Below, piece after piece: positions 57,292-64,000 of a stretch of 64,000 nt of DNA. The notes under the pieces were generated by a model. The model worked only from the letters and a program-made list of their open reading frames with translations. It was not told the origin of the DNA and did not search any database. The stretch lies in contig NW_005434647.1 of the NCBI RefSeq assembly GCF_000315625.1, positions 356,936-420,935 of the forward strand, written 5' to 3'. The stretch's first letter is position 1. Every line of letters begins with the position of its first letter. This DNA is from Guillardia theta CCMP2712. Lineage: Eukaryota; Protista; Cryptophyta. The position numbers and the translations under genes were made by a program.

Positions 57292-58670
57292 ATGGCTGTG
57301 CACATCAGGAAGTACAATGATCACGATGACGCGGCCGTGAAGGAGCTCTCGGAGAAGACGGTCATGGGAAGCTCCATGGCGTCGATCATCAGGAAGCTGA
57401 TAAACGTGAGTTTGTCTCCCTCATGATGTTTCCCTTCGCACTGCGAGTCTTTCATTCGATCTCTTCTTCGAGCCCTTGCCCAATCTTTTTGGACATGCGA
57501 CAACCTGCCCTCTGCTACACTCTTGGAGGTCAAGGAAGTCGCGCTGATGGTTCTCTCCAGGTCTTTCCTCGCTATTCGGGGACTTACAGACACAGGGCGT
57601 CGGAGTTCCGACGCAACGAGATCTTCGTGGCCGAGATCGAGAGGCAGCTGGTGGGGGTGGTGAACTTGGGGATCAAGGACGTTTACCTCAAGGGGAAGCT
57701 AGCAAAGATTGGGTATGTGTTTGGTCTGCGGGTGTCTGAAAAGCATCAGGGAAGGGGCATCGGGATGAAGCTCATGCAGGAGGTGGAGTTTGCGGGGAAG
57801 GCGGCCGGCTGCTCGCACTTGATCCTGACCACCAACCGAGACAACAAGAACGCTCGGAGGCTGTTCGAGGACAACTTGGGTTACTCGTGCATGTCCGATC
57901 GGTACATCAGCTTCAGCCCCTTGCACGCCGTCAAGGATGAAAGCTGCACGCCGGTCCAGCTCATCACATCGCGGGAAGAAGCAAGCAGGGTGCACCAACA
58001 GTTCCACGTGGGGAGGGACTTCTCCCCCGTGGATGAGCAGGAGATCGTCACGTCCGAGGCGTTCCTAGGGGCCCTCTACACGAGGAGGGAGCAGGACAAG
58101 TCAGAAGCCTGCGCCTTCCTGTGGGACGCCTCCCTCTCGAAGAAGCTCATCTTTGCCGGGCATCTGCCTAGCTTCTTCAGCCGCCCCACGTCCTACCCTG
58201 GAGTGCTACTTGTCTGTCTGGGGGTGGCAGGAATTTGCGTCGCTCACCTATCCTCCCTCTTCCTGCAGAAGCGCATGGGGCTGCTGCTGGGAGAGGTCGT
58301 CTTCGCGGCCACGTGCGCATACTTCTGGCGAAAGTTGAACAACTTGATCAGCTTCGTAGCTCAGCGTGAGATGAAAACTGTCAGAATCTTCGGGCACGCA
58401 GGCCGAGGTCCCAATTCTGGCACTCTCTTGAAGAGCATCTTTGACGAGGCCAAGGTCAGGAGCAGGAGAGAGTTCAAGGCAGCGGTGGTGGTGTACAACA
58501 CTGACACTCTGGATCCGGTGCTAGACGACCTCTTTTCCCCGACTAACGTGTTGGGGATGCCAAAGAGGAAGAGATCCTTCACTCTCTTCCTGCAGAAGAA
58601 GCTGAGCGACGACGAAGACAACCTGCCTCCCCACCATCCCAACATGTACTTTGACCCCCGGTACATCTAG
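57292..58670 (+). CDS. HOOKLESS1-like GNAT N-acetyltransferase with hydrophobic insertion
   Basis: Exons 57292-57405 and 57561-58670; HIRKYNDHDDAAV, IGYVFGLRVSEKHQGRGIGMKLM, TNRDNKNARRLF..NLGY, C-terminal YFDPRYI (cf HLS1 FVDPREF). Confidence 0.8.
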
Positions 58671-58890
58671 CCCATGGCCTGTTCAGGCCTCTGGCGTCAC
58701 GAAGTTTCCCAGTGCCTTGACTTCTCTCCTCCCCTTCCTCTTTTTCAACCCGATGACGAAGACAGCAATGAGTTTGAGCAGCACACTACAATCTTCATTG
58801 CTCCCCTCGGTCCCTTGTCCTTTCCCTACTCCTTCTCCTCTCCGCTGTTCGCTGAGCAGGAACAATAAATTTTCCTCGTTGCTCCAAAAT

Positions 58891-60741
58891 CTACTTTGCG
58901 GCAGAGATGCGATCAAGCCCGCCGACCATGCAGTCTTGAAGCAAACCTTTGCAACCGTCCTGCAAAAAGAATCAATAGATCTCGGCGTCGTCTCCAGTCT
59001 GAACCTCGATCAAATCAAGAACCTTCTCAAACACCTGCTTCCATATCAGATGTATGCGCTGAATTTTTCCTTCTCCCCAACCTGTCCTGATGGCTGCATC
59101 CCTCTCCCTCCGTAGTATGGATCAGGAATATCCTGGATCCAGGTTAAAAAGCGGAAGAAGAGGTCGAACGAACTAGCGAGGGATGTAAAAGAAGAACAAC
59201 GAAAGAGGACGACGAGAGCGGTGAAGGAGAATGGGCGTACAGTTGTCATCGTTCCACTCCGGCAATATTCGGTGAGTCTCTTCACCTTGCAACAAGATTA
59301 CTCCTTGCACGACTGGTATCGTCTTGCTGTCTCTTCTCTTTTTCCTCTCCCTTTCTTCTAAAATCTCTCCTCTAACCCATCACCGTTTCCCCCCATACAT
59401 CTTTAACACGCTGCTCGAGCTCTCCTCTTTTCCCCTCCCCTATCTTCCTCTTCTTTCTCTCCCCTTCCTCCCTCACTCCTCTCCCCTGCCTGTACCTTAT
59501 CATCAACACTTCCGCGCAGCCCCCAGTAGGAGGCAGCTGCCTGTACCTCGACACGATTCGCGTTGTCCATGATGACAACAAGATCTGCGCGCTGCAGGTC
59601 TTGAGGCCAGACGAGTCAAACTCTCTCGTTACAGCACGACTCTGCGCTCCTCCCTCACCTTCCTTGGTCATCACCTTTGACTGCCTCCCAGCGAGATTCA
59701 GCCCTGCTCGCAGGTGACCCGTCAGCCTCAGGTTGCAGGTTCCGACAGCATCGAATCCCGGTTACCTCTCCTTGACGCATGCGAGACCATGCGAGGATCG
59801 GACGCTTCTACTTCGATGTTCGACGAGACCTCTGGCTTGAACCAGTTGTTGGTGCCGCTCCCTGTTCCCTCCATCAGTTGAATCTAACCATCCCGACTAG
59901 GAGCTTCTGAAGGTGAATCTTGCCGTCTACGCTGAGATACATCACGCAGCTTTTTTTTCCTATTCTATGTCTCGCTGGAACTTCGACAGATCTCCCAAAC
60001 ATACCAGTGCTGCAGGAGGAAACTTCAAAGTACGAAGACAGTCCGTCGTTCTTGAGGAGAGTCTTCATCGTTTGCTCAGCAGCAGGTGATCTTGAACTTG
60101 TATGAGATGGACACAAACATGACAAGAACAATCACCTGCATGTGTTGCTAAGATCAACGAAGAGAATTCGAACTTTCCTCCCGGCAGCGAGCGCCTCCTT
60201 GGTTACGGAGGCCTCAATCCCTGAATTCTTCTCTTTCTTGGCCACCATCGACCTGAGAAGCAATGAGCGGGGCAGAGAGAAGAAAGGAGGATGCAACGAG
60301 AGTGAGAGCTAAAGAAGTCGAACCTGTGATATCTCAGCCGCTCTTCGTGATACTTTAATCTTTCCTCGTGATACTTGATCCTGCCAAGTAAAGTATCGAT
60401 ACCAACGATACGAGCAAAGCAGGGAATAACCTGGATTCGTGATATCCTTTGTCCATGTTCTGATCCTTGGGAGCCCATGGACCGATAGGCCATAGCTGGG
60501 CTACGACATCCATCCTTCTGCGACTTGCCATGCGAGTAGAATGGGCAGGACATCTGAAAACCTAGTAAAAAGTTGACAGCAAACTCGACATGATCTCTAC
60601 GCACTTCTTGGAGACGAAGGAAGAGGAAGGGGAGAAGGAAACAAACAAGGAAGGTTTCGATGCAGAGCATGACATGAAGGCCTCTGCTGAGCCCGCCAGC
60701 ATAATCAGCCCCGCCAACATTCGCAATGTCGCTCCTGTCAT
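58891..60741 (-). CDS. Plastid-targeted low-molecular-weight PTP-like protein with Asp in place of the nucleophile Cys
   Basis: Signal MTGATLRMLAGLIMLAGSAEA|F; RILFVDLSNTCRSPAAE; DPRMVSHA; DIPDPYYGG; FEKVLDLIEDGCKGLL. Confidence 0.85.
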
Positions 60742-60956
60742 GGCGCAGCGTGTAGACTTATTACACCCCATACTGACCCCTCAATTCTCCCTAGTAACCA
60801 CCCGTTCCCAGACCCCTTCCATCAATTGTCTCAAGCGCTATCTATCACTTGCAGCCTTCACTGAGTGCCTGAGGCTCACTGAGTCAGGACGCACGCGGTC
60901 ACTTTGCTTCCAACTTGATCACTTGTGGACAACCCTGGCAAGCCTGCAGGCGAACA

Positions 60957-61024
60957 GAGCGATCTCTTAGTCTCATCTAGTACACGAGCGATCTCTTAGC
61001 TTCATCTAGTACAAGAGCGATCTC
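60957..61024 (+). repeat. 29-bp tandem repeat, 2.3 copies
   Basis: GAGCGATCTCTTAGTCTCATCTAGTACAC / GAGCGATCTCTTAGCTTCATCTAGTACAA / GAGCGATCTC. Confidence 0.95.
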
Positions 61025-61222
61025 CGAGGTGGTGACTTAGAGTCACTGGCGGATCTAGCCGGGCCCGGGGCGCCGTACTCAGGCCCGCCCCATTTGCCCC
61101 CGGGCGCGGCCGGACGGTTTTGACTGTGACGTGAGCCTACGTGCCGGGAGAAGCCACGGACTCAGACTGATGGAGTACGAGTTCAAGTTGTTAGCCTTTA
61201 CCATGCCAAAGTAATGCAGATA

Positions 61223-61431
61223 TCATGTCGACCTCAGCAGCAACAAGTCTGGCACTTTTTGCTCATGACCGAGTTTGAATGCACACTGCGAAACAGGGGT
61301 TGACAAGCACTTGAGAGATAGACTATATGCTAGCCTAGTAGCCTCAGGCCTGATGTGAAACCCAAGCATCCAGGCATGAGAGGACCTCATTTGCGGCAAC
61401 ACGGCTAGGAAGGCCTCCGAGGCTCTTCGTC
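61223..61431 (-). repeat. Dispersed repeat copy 2 (inverted relative to 36570-36742), carrying an extra 18 bp
   Basis: Reverse complement aligns colinearly with copy 1. Confidence 0.9.
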
Positions 61432-61839
61432 AAACATACTACTATCCATCACATTCTCATCAATCTGAATGCCTCCGGTACTAAACGGCGCCTCAGCTGA
61501 TGCATCACAGTATATCCTCTCCGAATCTCAAATCTAGTAAGACATCGGTCGCCAGGACTTGAGCTCAACTTGGCAACTTAAATGGACTTCTGAGGGGACA
61601 AAACTGATTTACAACCGTCAACACTGAACGTCGAGACTCTCGAATTAAGACTCGTGACTTGATAGAGGGTCGGATGAAGAGTTCTTGGCGACGTCACTCC
61701 ACGACTCATCCCAGCGCTTCAAGTCAAACGACGACGATGAGGACGATGAGGAGGAGAGGGAGGGGCCCATGGCAAGAAGGCGGAGGGAGGAAGAGGAAAG
61801 TGAAGTCAGCACACCTCGGAGCAGAGGATCTCGCAACAT

Positions 61840-64000
61840 CACTTACATCAGGTACCCTCGCTCCAGCTCCAGCAGCACCTGCCTGGCCGTCTAGATCGTC
61901 TGAACTTGGAGGAGGAGGAGGAGGAGGAGGAGCCTGAGGTTGCTGCCCGGCCGCCTCTGCTCTGGGCGGCTGCGAAGCAGCAGCGGCAGCAGTGCCTGTC
62001 CACCGAGCCTGCACAACCTCAACATGACGTCATCATGGACTGGCTCCACCTGCAGCCAGGTCTCGTAGTCGTCTTCCTCTCCTTCAAGGCTCTCCCTCTC
62101 CTCGCCTGCTATCCCCGTCAGGTCCCGGGGGAACTTGGAGCGAGCGGGAGGGAGACTCAATGGATGGGGGAAGGGGGAAGGAGGTAGTGACTCACTGTAG
62201 CTCTGGGAGAAGGTCTCGCACAACTTCAAAACGATGAAACGGAGGTCGCCCATGGTCGGCAGCACAAGTCTAGCTCGCCACGTCATCCGGGCACCGCCAT
62301 GACACCCGGCCTCCCCCATACCTCTGAACGCTCAGGCCCCGGTGATCTTTGGGCTCATACTTGCCATCGGCCTCTATGGCTCGAGTGAGCTCGCCGAGCC
62401 TGTAGACCTGCTGGGGAGTCAGCTGAGGAGGAGGAGGAGAGGGGAGGAGGCGCACAGAGGATCCCTCCATCTTGGCGGTGAAGGGCGTTGTCTTCAGTCG
62501 CTGCATGACTTCCTCCTCTGCCCATCAGCCCAGGTGAGGAGAGGAGAAACAAGGAGTGATGATGAGGGGAGAAGCAGGGGGCGAATGTGGGAGGGAGGAC
62601 GAGGGAGAGTTGGAAAGGAGGAAGAGGGAAAGGGTAGGGGGGAAGGACGGATGAGTCGGAGAAGACCTTCAGCTTCCTTGACCAGCACGTAGAGCTTCGT
62701 GTCGTCGATCCACTTGATGTTGCAGCTGGTCTGGAAGAGCCTGAGGGACGAGGAGGCAGGTCATTAGCGCCCTCTTGACCGCCAGCAACAGTGAGGGCTC
62801 ACGCTTGGACGTCCTTGTTGCAGACTTTCTTCCGATTCTTCGATCCTGCTGTGGAGATGAAGAAGATGCAGCCCACGACGCCCTGGATGCTGCGAGCAGG
62901 GATGGGAAATCAGCAAGAGCGAGGGGGAACCTCTGACGTCACCTCATCCTCTCCTTGTACTCTGCCGACAGCCTACAGACGTAGTTGGATACATTCCTCC
63001 TGACATACTGTGGAGGTTGTGCAGGACGGTTGATGTAGCCTGAAGGTCGACGAGGGTGAAATTTCATCACAGCGCACCAAGCCCCACCTGTCCCGACGAG
63101 CTGCGGAAAGTCTTCTTGGACTTCCTCTACCCTCCTCCTCGCGTCATTGCCGTAGCTCGGGAAAAAATCCTCGTCGTCGTCGATGAGGAAAGGAAAGTTC
63201 TCTTCGCGTCCAACTCCAGCCATGCTGCGTTGTTGAGACCCAAAGTTTGCGGATTGCCCGGTAGGTACATTGCGATCATTTCGAAAACCCCTCTGCTGCC
63301 CCTGAAATCGATTCTCAGGTCTTCCAGTCTCCCTCTCTCGTGTCCTTCCTCCAAACACAGCCTCCATGATCGCAGCAGCCTGTTCCCTAAGGGCTGCGGG
63401 GGGGGGGGTAAGGTTCGGAGGGGGAGGAGCGCGGTAGAGACCTGTTATCCTCTCTGTCGGATCGTTCAATCTCTCCTTGAATTCGAAGACTTCCTTCACT
63501 CCGACCTTCTTGAGCCGGCATGCGGCAAGGTGCCGGTCAAGAGCTTCGCAGTCCTCCTTAGTGATGGGTCGGCGGCTGATCGTTCCTTACATCAGCTTCC
63601 AGTGCAAGTGAGGTACAGCCGTTTCTCACCTGACTGGGTGAGTGAAGGTTCCCGAAGACACGAGGTAGTTGGCGAGGATCTGGGGGTCGAACCAAACCTA
63701 GAGGCTTTCGTGAGTCCCTTCCGGCCCTCGTGAGGCAACTTCACCGAGATGTCATCGTTGGCCTTGAGATCGAACGGTTCATATCTCAGCTGGCCGATAG
63801 GCTCTAGCGAAATCGGGTCGTCTTCCTGTAGAATCTTCCACCACTTCCTCCGCTTGTCGTTGTTGTGCTTCGAGATGTTTTCCTTCATGTTCAAGGTGGA
63901 TTTCTGCAGAATAGGAAAGTTTTAATCTGGTTAATGGCGGAGACTCGTCAAACCTTGTCCTCCTTAAGTTGATTGTCTTGAGGTCCCTTCTGCCGTCTTG
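61840..64000 (-). CDS. Partial multi-exon gene: U-box/RING-like segment, PARN/R3HCC1-type RRM, possible degenerate R3H; 5' end beyond window, 3' end uncertain
   Basis: DPISLEPI...FDPQILANYLVSSGTFTHPVSRRPIT; CNIKWIDDTKLYVLV; LVLPTMGDLRFIVLKLCETF. Confidence 0.5.

Noticed and set aside
60957-61024. CRISPR-like periodicity
   Set aside because: Tandem units without unique spacers; eukaryotic context; no cas genes

Overview
Eukaryotic nuclear DNA, gene-dense and GC-rich, with many short introns (about 45-60 nt, CTGAC-type branch points) and many GA/CT microsatellites. Signal-peptide + AxA|F presequences and the general style suggest a cryptophyte such as Guillardia theta; this is inference. Manual splicing supports about 20 protein genes plus tRNA-Gln(TTG): multi-PDZ protein, BART-domain protein, ankyrin protein, RPL11, intronless cytosolic GAPDH, an FHA-WW-FHA-F-box-LRR protein, a 2H cyclic phosphodiesterase fused to an R3HCC1-like RRM, intronless TPLATE (TSET complex), a 2-TM protein, CUL3, an (ANK-TPR)x3 protein, a second PDZ protein, SPT4, DUF1289, a DnaJ-type Zn-finger protein, BolA2, a PhyH-like dioxygenase, WDR26/GID7, an HLS1-like GNAT, a plastid-targeted LMW-PTP with Cys->Asp at the nucleophile position, and a partial U-box-like/RRM protein. 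SPT4, BolA2, the DUF1289 domain and most of BART are missing from the ORF track because their exons are tiny. The most notable items are two unusual domain fusions, the plastid pseudophosphatase, a possible head-to-head dual-coding microsatellite, signal+LRGG presequences, and two distinct intergenic sequence classes (GGGGT-rich/GpC-poor upstream tracts and GC-rich palindrome-vocabulary tracts). All family calls come from remembered motifs, not database searches.
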